Assembly: GCA_038245905.1 (NCBI GenBank)
Contig: JBBRRY010000034.1
Span: 1-34,217 of the forward strand
DNA length: 34,217 bases
Direction: 5' to 3'
Source: Thermoanaerobaculia bacterium
GTDB taxonomy: Bacteria > Acidobacteriota > Thermoanaerobaculia > UBA5066
Below, in pieces: positions 17,703 through 30,234 of this stretch. The notes beneath the pieces were generated by a model. It was not told the DNA's origin, did not search any database, and worked only from the letters and a program-made list of their open reading frames with translations. The position numbers were made by a program, and so were the translations under genes. Every line of letters starts with the position of its first letter. Positions within the stretch are counted from its first letter, which is position 1.

Positions 17703-18296
17703 CTAGCGCGCGAGAGACTTCAACGCGGCCTGGAGAATCTTGTTCAGATCGTCCGCCCCGACGTCCCGCACGGCCTTCTCGACAGCCTGCTCGGCCTGCA
17801 CGAGCTTGTAGCCGAGGTTTTCCAGAGCGCCAATCGCGTCGTCCACGGCCGAGGCCTTGCCTCCCGCCGCCGCTTTCGCCGCTTCGGCCCCGAAACTCGC
17901 CAGCTTCTCCTTCAGCTCGAGGCCGAGGCGTTCGGCCAGCTTCTTGCCGATTCCGGGGATCGTCGCGAGGACGCGCGCATTCTGGCTCGCGATCGCGCGG
18001 ACGAGATCCGGCAGCGGCAGACCGGACAGCACGGTGAGCGCGACTTTCGGCCCGACACCCGAAACCGAGATCAGGCGTTCGAAGACGTACTTCTCCTGTG
18101 TCGTCGCGAAGCCGAAGAGCGAGAGCGCGTCCTCGCGGACGTGCATGTGCACGTAAACCGAGGCCTTCTCGCCGGCGGGCGGAAGCGCCGAGAACGTGCC
18201 TAGCGGGATCGCGAGGTCGTATCCCACGCCCGCGACGTCGAGGACGAGGCGGTCCGTCCGAAGATCGAGGACGGTCCCCGAGAGGCGGGCGATCAC
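17703..18296 (-). CDS. ruvA: Holliday junction DNA-binding protein RuvA
   Basis: MIARLSG, GVGY, VREDALSLFGF, VSGVGPK, IPGIGKK.AERL..ELK, AL..LGY. Confidence 0.97.
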   Translation of the reverse strand: MIARLSGTVLDLRTDRLVLDVAGVGYDLAIPLGTFSALPPAGEKASVYVHMHVREDALSLFGFATTQEKYVFERLISVSGVGPKVALTVLSGLPLPDLVRAIASQNARVLATIPGIGKKLAERLGLELKEKLASFGAEAAKAAAGGKASAVDDAIGALENLGYKLVQAEQAVEKAVRDVGADDLNKILQAALKSLAR

Positions 18297-18326
18297 GGCG
18301 TCAACCCTGGTTCCTGCGCCCTCTTC

Positions 18327-20270
18327 CTATACTTTCGAGCCGCCCATCCGCGACAGGAGCTCGCGGTTGAACTCGATCTTCAGGTCGGAACGCTTCTTCT
18401 GGACGAGGGCCTGCAGGAGCTGGTTTGACTTCTTGCCACGGAGGCTCTCGCGCACCGTGCCCTTTTCCTTTTCGAAGGCCGCGCTGTCGAAAGGCGTCAC
18501 GCTGTCGACGCGCATCACGACCGCGCCGCGCTCGGAAACGGCGATGGGCCCCTTCACTTCGCCCGGTCTCGCGGAGAATACGGCGTCCAGCACGGCCTTC
18601 GGCGAACCGAGGCCGGGGATCGGGCCGCCCATCGAGAACGCGTCGGGCGTCTCGATCTTGAGGTTGAGCTTCTTCGCGACCGCTTCGAGCGTCGCACCTT
18701 CGGTCATCGCCTGCCGGAGCGCGAGGAGCGTCGCCTCGTCCTGCCTCTTCTTCTGGATGTCGAGAGCGACGCGCGCCTTGACCTCGGCGAAGGCCGGTAA
18801 GCCGGGCTTCCGGATCTCGACGAGCTTGACGATCGCCTCGCCGCGCGGCGTCGAAACCGGGGCGGCCGCGGTCTCGCCCTCCTTGAGGGAAAACAGCTTC
18901 TCGCTGAACTGCGGGTTGAAGCCGATTCCTGCCGGCGCGTCGGTGCGCGAGAGGAACTCGGTCTCGTTGAACGTCACGCCGGACCCCGCGAGCTTCCTGA
19001 GGTCGTCGTCGGAGGGCTTGCCCATCTTCGCGACCTTCTCGCTCAGGCCTGCCGCGAGACGCTTGGCCTCGTCGCGCGCGCGGTCGTCCTGGAGGCGCGC
19101 GCGAATCCCCGCCGAGACCTCGAACAGCGGCTGAACCCTCTCGCCCGTCCTCTCGAGGACCTGGATGACGTGGTATCCGAAAGAGCTCTTGACCGGGCCG
19201 ACGATGTCCTTCTCCTTCGCGGCGAAAGCGGCCTCTTCGAACTCCTTCACCATGCGGCCACGGGGAAACGAGCCGAGATCGCCGCCGTTCGCCTTCGAGC
19301 CGGGGTCGTCCGACTCGGCCTTCGCGAGCGCCGCGAAGTCCGCGCCGCCCCTGAGCCTTCGCACCGCGGCCTCCGCCTTCGCTTTCTGGGAGGCGTCGTT
19401 TGCGGCATCGGCCTTGTAGAGGATGTGCCGCGCGTGCAGCTCCTCGCCCTTTCGGTAGGTCTCCGCGTTCGCCGTGTAGTCTGCCGCTACGTCTTGGTCC
19501 GTGACCTGGATCGTGGGACGGATCTTCGCGGTCTCGACCAGGAGGTACTTGGCCTTTCGCTTCTCGGGCTGCATGTAGGGCGTCGGATTCGCCTTGAAGT
19601 ACGCCTCCGCCTCGACGTCGGTCGCGGGCGTTTGAGCCGTCGAGACGACGGGCAGGAGCGCCCATGCGATCTTCGCCTTGACGTTCCGTTTCTCGAACTC
19701 GGCTTTCACGTCCTCGTCCGAGACGACCACGGCCTCGGTGAAGAAGCGGTTCAGCTTCTCGAGGAGAATCTGTTCACGTTGAGCGTCCTCGAAGCTCTGC
19801 GGTGCCAGGCGATTCGCCGCCAGGATGCGGCGGTAGGCGGCGTCGCCGACGAAGACCCCGTCCTTCACGAACAGCGGCTTGCCGCTCTGCGGGTCCTTGA
19901 TGCCGAGGAGATGCTGCGTCAGCTCGTCGTCGGTGACCTTGAGATGCAGCCGTTCGGCCTCCTCGCGGAAAAGCCGCCGGTCGATGAGAGAGTTGAGCAC
20001 CTGCTCGGGCAGATTCATGGCGCGCGCGAGCTCGGGACTGTAGTTCTTGCCGTAAGCCTGCCGGTAACGATCCTCGGCGAACGCGTACTCCTTCTGGAAT
20101 TCGGCCGTCGTGATCCGGATGCCGCCGGCCTTCGCCGCGAGCGCCGCCTCCGCTCCCCCGCGCTGGGAGCCCATACCCCAGTCTGCGAAGACGAAGATCA
20201 CGAAAACGGCGATGACCCCCCAGAGGATCCACTGGAGGTGTTTGAAGTTCTCGCGTAGTGCCTTGAGCAT
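18327..20270 (-). CDS. ppiD: PpiD/SurA-N-domain periplasmic chaperone with parvulin domain (647 aa)
   Basis: ML..LR followed by an N-terminal TM anchor; SurA-N helical region; parvulin ARHIL...F..LA...SDD.GS...GGDLG.F..G.MV.EFE...GPVKS.FGYHVI. SD GGAG before ATG 20270. Confidence 0.88.
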   Translation of the reverse strand: MLKALRENFKHLQWILWGVIAVFVIFVFADWGMGSQRGGAEAALAAKAGGIRITTAEFQKEYAFAEDRYRQAYGKNYSPELARAMNLPEQVLNSLIDRRLFREEAERLHLKVTDDELTQHLLGIKDPQSGKPLFVKDGVFVGDAAYRRILAANRLAPQSFEDAQREQILLEKLNRFFTEAVVVSDEDVKAEFEKRNVKAKIAWALLPVVSTAQTPATDVEAEAYFKANPTPYMQPEKRKAKYLLVETAKIRPTIQVTDQDVAADYTANAETYRKGEELHARHILYKADAANDASQKAKAEAAVRRLRGGADFAALAKAESDDPGSKANGGDLGSFPRGRMVKEFEEAAFAAKEKDIVGPVKSSFGYHVIQVLERTGERVQPLFEVSAGIRARLQDDRARDEAKRLAAGLSEKVAKMGKPSDDDLRKLAGSGVTFNETEFLSRTDAPAGIGFNPQFSEKLFSLKEGETAAAPVSTPRGEAIVKLVEIRKPGLPAFAEVKARVALDIQKKRQDEATLLALRQAMTEGATLEAVAKKLNLKIETPDAFSMGGPIPGLGSPKAVLDAVFSARPGEVKGPIAVSERGAVVMRVDSVTPFDSAAFEKEKGTVRESLRGKKSNQLLQALVQKKRSDLKIEFNRELLSRMGGSKV

Positions 20271-20337
20271 CTTGTTCTCCAAAGACGGACGCATCCCTGG
20301 CGCCACGGGGGCGTCACGGGGCCCGAAAGAATCGATG

Positions 20338-20366
20338 ACGATACCCCAGAGCCAAACGGCGGTAAA
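20338..20366 (-). promoter_or_regulatory. Putative sigma70 promoter of ppiD-ruvA
   Basis: Minus strand TTTACC, 17 nt, TATCGT; about 60-nt leader. Confidence 0.5.
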
Positions 20367-20454
20367 GTTGACACCTCCGGGGCTCCATCGGACGGCGCTC
20401 CGGTTAACCGGCATGCTATAAGAATTGCTGTAAGGGTTTCCAGAAGCGAGCGTT

Positions 20455-22964
<2,510 letters not shown>

Positions 22965-22969
22965 CGCCC

Positions 22970-23839
22970 GTGGCCGCACCGACCCTCGCCGAACGCCGCC
23001 CCGAGGTCTTCCTGGCGGTTCTCCTGTCCCTCTGCCTCGTCGCGTTGTCGCTCCAGGTGCGGCGCCCGGGCGGGCGGACAGTCGGCGAAGGCTGGCTTCT
23101 TACGGCCGTGTCCCCATTCGTCGACCTCGTGACCGGCGTGCGTTCCGGGATCCATGACGTCGGAACCTGGACGAAGTCGCGGCGCGCGCTCCGAATCGAG
23201 AACGGCGCGCTGAACGCCAAGATCGAAGAGCTGCGCGGCGAGCTCATCCGCCTCCGGGACGCCGAGAAGGACAAGGGGCGCCTCCTCGAGCTCTTTGGCG
23301 CGCAGCCGTCCCCGCCGCCCGGCACACTCCCGGCGCGGCTCATCGCCGTCGAATCGAGCGGACCCTTCCACACGGCCCTCCTCGACCGCGGCGCCGACGA
23401 CGGCCTCCAGCTCGACGGAGTCGTCCTCTCGCAGGGCGGGCTCCTGGGCAGGGTCATCGCCCTCGGACCACGAACGGCACGCGTGCAGCTTCTCTCGGAC
23501 GCGACGGCCGCCGTCGGCGTTCTCCTCACGCACGCCTCGCGCGGCGGCCGTGTTGCCGTCGCGAAGGGCGATGGGCAGGGAGGAGTTTCGGTCGAGTACG
23601 TGCCGACCATCGAGCCTGTCGAGCCGAGCGACGTGCTCGTCTCTTCGGGCACGGACGGCCTCTATCCGGGCGGTCTTCCAGTCGGCCGTGTGAAATCCGT
23701 CCGCCGCAACAAGACGCTCTTCTGGGAGATCCAGGTCTCTGCCGCCGCCGACCCTCACCGCGAGTCCATCGTCTTCGTCCTGCCTCCCGTGAGGAAGTCC
23801 GACGTCACGTCGGGCCCCTCCGTAGCGGAACGCCGCTGA
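22970..23839 (+). CDS. mreC: Rod shape-determining protein MreC (289 aa)
   Basis: TM, coiled coil, LDRG..DG, GLLGRV, SSGTDGLYPGGLPVG. GTG start 5 nt after mreB. Confidence 0.93.
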   Translation: MAAPTLAERRPEVFLAVLLSLCLVALSLQVRRPGGRTVGEGWLLTAVSPFVDLVTGVRSGIHDVGTWTKSRRALRIENGALNAKIEELRGELIRLRDAEKDKGRLLELFGAQPSPPPGTLPARLIAVESSGPFHTALLDRGADDGLQLDGVVLSQGGLLGRVIALGPRTARVQLLSDATAAVGVLLTHASRGGRVAVAKGDGQGGVSVEYVPTIEPVEPSDVLVSSGTDGLYPGGLPVGRVKSVRRNKTLFWEIQVSAAADPHRESIVFVLPPVRKSDVTSGPSVAERR

Positions 23840-23855
23840 CGGCCGGAGCGTCCAC

Positions 23856-24359
23856 GTGAAACCGCTTCGCGTCGCGATCGGCCTCTCTCTCGCGGTCCTC
23901 GCGACGCTCGCGCTCGGCGCGCTGCACGTGCCGGCGCCACCGGACTTCTTCCTCCTCGTCGTCGCGGACATAGCCCGTGGCGGCGCCGCCGTGCCCGCGA
24001 TCCTCGTGGGTCTTCCGGCCGGCCTTCTCGAAGACACGCTCTTCGCGCCCGGCCACCTCCTCGGGCTCCACGCGTTTTCCAAAATCCTCGTCGGGTACCT
24101 TCTCGCCACGTTGGGCGCGCGCACCGTCGTCGAGAAGCCCATGGCCGTGGGCGGCCTCCTCGCGGGTGCCGTTCTCGTCGAAGCGGCGACGATCACCTTT
24201 CTCGTGTGGGTCCTGAAGGGCGACTTCCTGCCACCCGCGCCGTGGCTGCTCCTCGCACGCGCCGCGACGACAGGCCTCTTCGGCGGCCTCCTGTACGCCG
24301 CGTCGCGCGTGCCCTGGAAGCAGCGGCGCGAGGCCCGCCGCCGCGTGAGGTTGACCTGA
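23856..24359 (+). CDS. mreD: Rod shape-determining protein MreD
   Basis: Polytopic protein with PDFFL, GLLED, G.HAFSK; conserved position after mreC. Confidence 0.85.
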   Translation: MKPLRVAIGLSLAVLATLALGALHVPAPPDFFLLVVADIARGGAAVPAILVGLPAGLLEDTLFAPGHLLGLHAFSKILVGYLLATLGARTVVEKPMAVGGLLAGAVLVEAATITFLVWVLKGDFLPPAPWLLLARAATTGLFGGLLYAASRVPWKQRREARRRVRLT

Positions 24360-26254
24360 TGCCTGCCAGCGCGCGCGAAGACCGCCGTCCCGTCCTGTCG
24401 CGCCTCGACATCGTAGCGCGAGGCACATGGGTCCTCATCGGAATTCTCGCCGGCGTCTACTGGGTCCATCAGGTGTTGCGCGGCGAGGAGTACGAACGTC
24501 AGGCCGAGAACAATCGCCTGCGCCGCGTGCCCGTCACGGCGCCACGCGGTTTCATTCTCGACCGCAACGGGATCGTCCTCGCCGAGAACGAGCCCTCGTT
24601 CACGCTCCTCCTCTACCGGCGAGAGACGAAAGACCTCGACGCCTCGCTGCGTTTCGTCGCCGAGCTCTTCAACCGGCCGTTCGAAGACCTGAAGCGCCGT
24701 GTCGAGCGCGACCGCTCGTACTACGACTTCGTTCCGGTCGTGCTGCAGGAGAACCTCACGATTTCCGAAGTGGGCGCCGTTCAGGCGCGGGCGCTCGAGC
24801 ATCCCGAGTTCGTCGTCCAGAAGACCGAGCGCCGCGTGTATACGCAGGGCACGGCGGCCGCCCATCTTCTCGGTCACCTCGGCGAAGCCACCGCCGAGCA
24901 GGTCGCGGCGCGGGCGAAGGCGCACCCCGGCGACCCGAACCTTCCGCGGCCTGGCGAGGCCATCGGCCAGCAGGGCGTGGAGGCGACGTACCAGGACCTT
25001 CTCTCCGGAACCTCGGGGTCTCGGACGTATGTCATCGATTCCTTCGGACGCGAGGTCGGCGAGTCCGGGCACGAGTCGCCGCTACCCGGCAACACGCTCC
25101 GTCTCACGATCGATCTCGGGATGCAGAAGATCGCCGAGGATTACTTCCAAGACCGGGTGGGCTCCGCGGTGGCGCTCGACCCGAAGACGGGCGAGATTCT
25201 GGCACTTCTCTCGGCCCCGGCCTATGACCCGAACCTCTTCACGCGCCGCGTGAGCCGGTCCGAATGGGAAGACATCGTGGCGGACCCGGACCACCCACTC
25301 AACAACCGCACTTTGCAGAACGTGTACTCGCCGGGGTCCATCTGGAAGCCGTACATGGCCTACGCGATCCTCACGCAGGGCATCGACCCCAAGGAGCGCG
25401 TGTTCTGTCCCGGCGGCGCCACCTTCTACGGGCGCTTCTTCCGCTGCCACGGCCATCACGGTTCCGTGGACCTCACGACGGCTCTTCAGGTCTCGTGCGA
25501 TACGTACTTCTACACGATGGGCAAGCGGCTCGGGATCGACGCGATCGCCGAGTCGGCAGCGCTCTTCGGCTTCGGGCGGCCGACCGGCGTCGACCTCGCG
25601 AGTGAAAAGAGCGGAATCGTTCCGTCGCCGGCCTGGAGCCTCGCGGCGCGCAAGCACCCGTGGTACCTCGGCGAGACGATCTCCGTGGCGATCGGGCAGG
25701 GGCCCGTCCTCGTGACCGCTCTTCAGATCGCGCGCGGGATGTCGGGCATCGCGAACGCCGACGGGGCCCTCCCGACTCCGCACCTCTTCCATATCGGCGA
25801 AAACGTTCGGACGGGCGAGCGTTTCGTGTACCGGCCTGAGTCGAAGGAATCCATCCCCTATCCGCCCGGCGCGCACGAAACCATCGTCGAGGGTCTGTGG
25901 CGCGTCGTAAACATGCCCGGGGGAACCGCCTATGGCTCGCGCGTAGCCGGTCTCGACCTCTGCGGGAAGACGGGCTCCGTTCAGGTCGTCGGGCAGAAGG
26001 AAGCGAAGAAGGGCCACCTCCTCCCTGAGGAGCTGCGCGATCACGGCTGGTTTGCGAGCTTCGCGCCGCGGGACGACCCGAAGGTCGTGGTCGTGGTCTT
26101 CGTGGAGCACGGCGAGCACGGCGCGTCGGCGGCGGCGCCGCTCGCGGCCCGCCTCGCCGAATACTGGGTCGCGAAGAGCCGCGGCGGAACGCCCGAAATC
26201 CTCGCGCAGGTCGCCGCACGCCCGCTCGGCCGCGCTCCCGCGCGGGCGAACTGA
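24359..26254 (+). CDS. mrdA: Penicillin-binding protein 2 (631 aa)
   Basis: APRG.ILDRNG, G..GVE, LTID, PGSIWK (SxxK), SCD, IGQG, KTGS. TGATG coupling with mreD. Confidence 0.96.
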   Translation: MPASAREDRRPVLSRLDIVARGTWVLIGILAGVYWVHQVLRGEEYERQAENNRLRRVPVTAPRGFILDRNGIVLAENEPSFTLLLYRRETKDLDASLRFVAELFNRPFEDLKRRVERDRSYYDFVPVVLQENLTISEVGAVQARALEHPEFVVQKTERRVYTQGTAAAHLLGHLGEATAEQVAARAKAHPGDPNLPRPGEAIGQQGVEATYQDLLSGTSGSRTYVIDSFGREVGESGHESPLPGNTLRLTIDLGMQKIAEDYFQDRVGSAVALDPKTGEILALLSAPAYDPNLFTRRVSRSEWEDIVADPDHPLNNRTLQNVYSPGSIWKPYMAYAILTQGIDPKERVFCPGGATFYGRFFRCHGHHGSVDLTTALQVSCDTYFYTMGKRLGIDAIAESAALFGFGRPTGVDLASEKSGIVPSPAWSLAARKHPWYLGETISVAIGQGPVLVTALQIARGMSGIANADGALPTPHLFHIGENVRTGERFVYRPESKESIPYPPGAHETIVEGLWRVVNMPGGTAYGSRVAGLDLCGKTGSVQVVGQKEAKKGHLLPEELRDHGWFASFAPRDDPKVVVVVFVEHGEHGASAAAPLAARLAEYWVAKSRGGTPEILAQVAARPLGRAPARAN

Positions 26255-26258
26255 CCTC

Positions 26259-27359
26259 ATGTCGCGGCTTGCGGAGGTCCTTCCCCGGCGGATCGAACTG
26301 CGCATCCTGTTTCTCGCGCTCGCGCTCACGGCCATCGGGATCGGAATGGTCATCTCGACGACCGCCGGGACGGCGCGCGCCGATCTCGCCGGAAAGCAGA
26401 TCCTCTTCGCGGTCCTTGGCCTCATCGCCGCCGGCGTTCTTCTCGCGATCGACTACCGCATCCTCCTCCAGTACTCGCCGGGGCTCTACGGCCTCACGCT
26501 TCTCGTGCTTCTCTGGCTGCCGATCTTCGGCAAGCGGATCGCGGGGGCGAAATCGTGGATCAAAGTAGGCGGCGGATTCCAGGTCCAGCCATCGGAGTTC
26601 GCGCGAATCTCGATCGCGCTCCTCCTCGCGTGGATCCTCGAGAACGACGACCGCGCGCTTCTCCGCTCGCGCACGATCTGGGCGCTCGCCGCGGCGATCG
26701 GCGTTCCGGTGATTCTCGTCATGCTGCAGCCGGACCTCGGCGTCGCGCTCACGTATCTGCCGTTCCTTGCCGCGGCGCTCTTCTTCGGCGGTCTCTCCAG
26801 GCGCTGGTGGGCCATTCTCATCGTGTCGGGAACGCTCGCGGTCTCGGGCTCGTGGTTTCTCCTGAAGGACTATCAGAAAGACCGGATTCGGACGTTCCTC
26901 GATCCAAACCTCGCCGCGCGCGGCGCCGGCTACCAGGTCCGGCAGGCGCGGATCGCGATCGGCTCGGGCGGCATCCTCGGAAAGGGATGGAAACAGGGAA
27001 CGCAGAGCCGGCTCGGCTTCCTGCCCGTCCGCCACACCGACTTCATCTTCGCGGCGCTCGCCGAGGAGTGGGGGTTCGTGGGCGTCGCGGTCTTTCTCGC
27101 GCTCTACGGCTTCCTCATTGCGCGTGCGCTCGCGCTCGCGCGCGACGCGCGCGACCGCGGCGGCTCGATTCTCGTCATCCTGCTCGTCCTCGACATCGCG
27201 GCCCAGGCGCTCGTGAATGTCGCGATGAACGTCGGCGTCATGCCCACGACGGGCATCACGCTGCCGTTCGTCTCCTACGGCGGGTCCTCTCTCGTCGCGA
27301 CGTGGTGCATGGTCGGGCTCCTGCTGTCCGTCGCGTACCGCCGGTACGTAAACGTCTAG
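26259..27359 (+). CDS. rodA: SEDS peptidoglycan glycosyltransferase RodA (366 aa)
   Basis: GAKSWI, QPSEF, QPDLG, YQ..RI, GYQ..Q..IAIGSGG, HTDFIF..LAEEWG, GITLPFVSYGGSS. Confidence 0.96.
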   Translation: MSRLAEVLPRRIELRILFLALALTAIGIGMVISTTAGTARADLAGKQILFAVLGLIAAGVLLAIDYRILLQYSPGLYGLTLLVLLWLPIFGKRIAGAKSWIKVGGGFQVQPSEFARISIALLLAWILENDDRALLRSRTIWALAAAIGVPVILVMLQPDLGVALTYLPFLAAALFFGGLSRRWWAILIVSGTLAVSGSWFLLKDYQKDRIRTFLDPNLAARGAGYQVRQARIAIGSGGILGKGWKQGTQSRLGFLPVRHTDFIFAALAEEWGFVGVAVFLALYGFLIARALALARDARDRGGSILVILLVLDIAAQALVNVAMNVGVMPTTGITLPFVSYGGSSLVATWCMVGLLLSVAYRRYVNV

Positions 27360-27372
27360 CCGACCCTCCGCG

Positions 27373-27378
27373 TACACT
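27373..27378 (+). promoter_or_regulatory. -10 element (TACACT) of a leaderless promoter for rng
   Basis: 6 nt before GTG 27385; no SD. Confidence 0.6.
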
Positions 27379-27384
27379 CCCCGC

Positions 27385-28935
27385 GTGCCGAAAGAGCTTC
27401 TCGTCTCCGCCTCCGAGCGCGAAACGCGCGTCGCCGTCCTCGAAGAGGGAAGCGTGGCCGAGGTGCAGATCGAACGCCGGAAGCAGCGCGGCACGGTCGG
27501 GAACATCTACAAGGGGCGCGTGACGCGCGTCCTGCCCGGCATGCAGTCGGCCTTCGTGGACGTCGGCCTCGAGAAGGACGCTTTCCTCTATGTCGCCGAC
27601 GTCGGCGAAGAAGTGGACGACTTCGACGCCTTCGGGAGCGGGGGCAGCTCGGCGGCGCTCGAAGCGTCTCCGGCTGCCCCTGACGGCGCCACTCCCCCGG
27701 GCGAGGGCGAGACGGCTCCGAAGCCGGTCCTCCCGTCGATCGACGAGCTCTTGCGCGAGGGACAGGAACTCGTCGTGCAGGTCACGAAGGACCAGATCGC
27801 GCACAAGGGCGTGCGCGTCACGACACACGTGACGCTCCCCGGGCGCACGCTCGTCTACATGCCCACGATCGACCACATCGGCGTCTCACGCCGCATCGAG
27901 AACGAGGAGGAGCGCGCCCGGCTCAAGGAGATCCTCGTCACGATCAAGAAGGGCCCGGGCGGCTACATCGTGCGCACGGCGGGCGAGGGGCGCGCGGCGG
28001 ACGAATTCGCGGCCGATCGCCGTTACCTCACGAAACTCTGGGAGCAGATCCGCAAGAAGGGGGAACGCGCCGGCGCGCCGACCCTCCTCCACCGCGACCT
28101 CGATCTCACGCTTCGCGCCGCGCGCGACATCTTCGGCTCGGATTTCGCGACCCTCTGGGTGGACGACGACGAGGAGTACCAGCGCATCGTGGAGTTCCTC
28201 GACCAGGTGCAGCCCGCGCTCGTCTCGAAGGTCAAGCTCTTCCGCAAGTCGGCTCCCCTCTTCGAGGAGTACGGCGTCGACGTCGAGATCGAGAATGCCT
28301 TGAAGTCGAAGGTCTGGCTCAAATCCGGCGGCTACATCGTCATCAACCAGACCGAGGCGCTCGTCGCAATCGACGTGAACACCGGAAAATTCGTCGGCAA
28401 GACGCGTCTCGAAGACACGGTCGTGAAGACGAATCTCGAAGCCGTGCGGGAGATCGTCCGGCAGATCCGCCTCCGCGACCTCGGCGGGCTCCTCGTCGTG
28501 GACTTCATCGATATGGAGGAGGAGGAGCACCGCAAGGAGCTCGTCACCGCGCTTGAGAACGAGATGAAGAAGGACCGCTCCAAGAACCGGATGCTCCCGG
28601 TTTCGGAGTTCGGCCTCGTGGAGATCACGAGGAAAAGGCAGCGTCAGAGTCTCGAGCGGGCGCTGACGATGCCGTGCCCCTATTGCGCCGGCTCCGGCCG
28701 CACGAAGAGCGTCCCCACGATCGCTCTCGAGATCCGTCGCGAAGTCCTGAAGCGGGTCGAGGTCGGGGAGGCGCACTCGCTCGTGCTGCGGGTCCATCCG
28801 GAGATCTATCGCGCCCTGGTAGGAGAAGAGCGTCGCCTCGTGGAAGAGCTCGAAGAACGGATCGGCATGCCGGTCCACGTCCAGAGCGACGAGCACCTGC
28901 ATCACGAGCGCTTCGACATCGTCCTCGAAGCCTGA
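27385..28935 (+). CDS. rng: Ribonuclease G (Rne/Rng family)
   Basis: GNIYKGRV..VLPGMQSAFVD, IVRTA, GGYIVINQTEAL..IDVNTG, RLRDLGG..V.DFIDM, CPYC.G.G Zn-link; no long RNase E C-terminal scaffold. Confidence 0.95.
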   Translation: MPKELLVSASERETRVAVLEEGSVAEVQIERRKQRGTVGNIYKGRVTRVLPGMQSAFVDVGLEKDAFLYVADVGEEVDDFDAFGSGGSSAALEASPAAPDGATPPGEGETAPKPVLPSIDELLREGQELVVQVTKDQIAHKGVRVTTHVTLPGRTLVYMPTIDHIGVSRRIENEEERARLKEILVTIKKGPGGYIVRTAGEGRAADEFAADRRYLTKLWEQIRKKGERAGAPTLLHRDLDLTLRAARDIFGSDFATLWVDDDEEYQRIVEFLDQVQPALVSKVKLFRKSAPLFEEYGVDVEIENALKSKVWLKSGGYIVINQTEALVAIDVNTGKFVGKTRLEDTVVKTNLEAVREIVRQIRLRDLGGLLVVDFIDMEEEEHRKELVTALENEMKKDRSKNRMLPVSEFGLVEITRKRQRQSLERALTMPCPYCAGSGRTKSVPTIALEIRREVLKRVEVGEAHSLVLRVHPEIYRALVGEERRLVEELEERIGMPVHVQSDEHLHHERFDIVLEA

Positions 28936-29007
28936 TCGGGGCGTCGTTTCGGCGCGATACCGCTGGCATGCGGCGTGCGAAAGAGGAGGCAGCGCACTTC
29001 CTCCTCC

Positions 29008-29035
29008 GGCCGCTTTCGGGCGGCCTCTTTTTCTT
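29008..29035 (+). terminator. Intrinsic terminator
   Basis: GGCCGCT-TTCG-GGCGGCC stem-loop followed by TCTTTTTCTT. Confidence 0.75.
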
Positions 29036-29054
29036 GGCCTTCCGAACGACCGCC

Positions 29055-29060
29055 TAGACT
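29055..29060 (+). promoter_or_regulatory. -10 element (TAGACT) of a leaderless promoter for the MFS gene
   Basis: 6 nt before GTG 29067; no SD. Confidence 0.55.
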
Positions 29061-29066
29061 TCCTCC

Positions 29067-30233
29067 GTGGTCGAGCCCCTCTTCACCCGCCGCTTCTTCG
29101 TGATGTGCGGGTTCACGTTCACGGTCTTCCTGTCGCTCTTTCAGCTCCTCCCGACCGCACCGTTCCGAATCCTCGAGCTCGGCGGCTCGACGACAGCCGC
29201 CGGCCTCTTCCTCGGCCTCCTGACGTACGCGTCCGCGCTCTCGGCGCCGCTCACGGGCGCGCTCGCGGACCGGATCGGCCGGCGCCGCATGCTCCTCGTC
29301 TCGAGCGTCGCGATCGCCGCGTTCGCGGCGGCCTACGCCTTCGCGCCTCGCTGGGAGATCCTGGTCGTCCTCGTCTTCTTCCACGGCCTCTTCTGGTCGG
29401 GCCTGCTCTCGGCGTCGGCGGCCTATATGACGGGCTTGATCCCCGACGAGCGGCGCACCGAGGGGATCGGCTACTGGGGAATGTCGACCGTCCTCGCGAT
29501 CGCGTTCGCGCCAGCCCTCGGTCTCGCCGTCTACGCGCTCGGCTGGAAGGCGCTCTGCGCATCCGTCGGCGTCCTGAACCTCGCGATGGCCGTGATTGCG
29601 TGGAACCTCGAGCCCGACGCGCCGCACTCTCTGCCTCCCGGCCCGTTCTTCACGAGGGACCTCGTCGAGTGGCGCGTCCTTGCGCCCTCTCTCGCGCTCT
29701 TCCTCTGCAGTTTCGGGTACGGCGGCGTCACGAGCTTCGTCGCGATGTGGACGGAGAAGAACGGCCTCGCGCCGAGAGGGCTCTTCTTCACCGTCTTTTC
29801 GCTCACCGTGCTCGCGCTACGGCCGTTCCTCGGCCGCTACGCGGACCGCGCGGGACCTCGCCGCGTCCTCCTTCCACTGCTCGGCCTCACGGCCCTCGCG
29901 TTCGCGGTCCTCGCCGTCGCGACGACCCGGCCGCTCCTCGCGCTTTCGGCGTTCCTCTTCGGAGCCGGGTTCGGGAACGTCTACCCCGTCTTCGCCGCGC
30001 ACGTGACGCGGCACGTGCGGCCCGAAAGAAGAGGCGCCGCCTTCGGCGCGATTCTCGCGGCTTTCGACATCGGAATCGGCACGGGCTCGATCGTCCTCGG
30101 CGCGATCATCGGGCGGGCGGGTTTTCCCGCGGCCTATGGGACCGCAGCGGCCCTCGCGGTCCTGTCGGTCCCGGCGTTCCTTCTCCTCGACCGTTTCGTC
30201 TTCCAGGAAGGCGCGGGAGGATCCTCCGCCTGA
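29067..30233 (+). CDS. MFS transporter (388 aa)
   Basis: About 12 TM segments; motif A twice (GALADRIGRR, GRYADRAGPRR); P.ERR.EG.G. Substrate unknown. Confidence 0.93.
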   Translation: MVEPLFTRRFFVMCGFTFTVFLSLFQLLPTAPFRILELGGSTTAAGLFLGLLTYASALSAPLTGALADRIGRRRMLLVSSVAIAAFAAAYAFAPRWEILVVLVFFHGLFWSGLLSASAAYMTGLIPDERRTEGIGYWGMSTVLAIAFAPALGLAVYALGWKALCASVGVLNLAMAVIAWNLEPDAPHSLPPGPFFTRDLVEWRVLAPSLALFLCSFGYGGVTSFVAMWTEKNGLAPRGLFFTVFSLTVLALRPFLGRYADRAGPRRVLLPLLGLTALAFAVLAVATTRPLLALSAFLFGAGFGNVYPVFAAHVTRHVRPERRGAAFGAILAAFDIGIGTGSIVLGAIIGRAGFPAAYGTAAALAVLSVPAFLLLDRFVFQEGAGGSSA

Positions 30234-30234
30234 C

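Noticed and set aside
20368-20373. Perfect TTGACA on the plus strand upstream of the FecR gene
   Set aside because: No -10 hexamer at 16-18 nt spacing.
25490-25505. PBP2 second motif is SCD rather than SxN
   Set aside because: SxD is a normal variant in MrdA/PBP2 proteins.
28951-28971. GGCGCGATACCG resembles the TA-flanking repeat
   Set aside because: Only a partial match, and a similar CGCGATACCG occurs inside a coding region near 33621.
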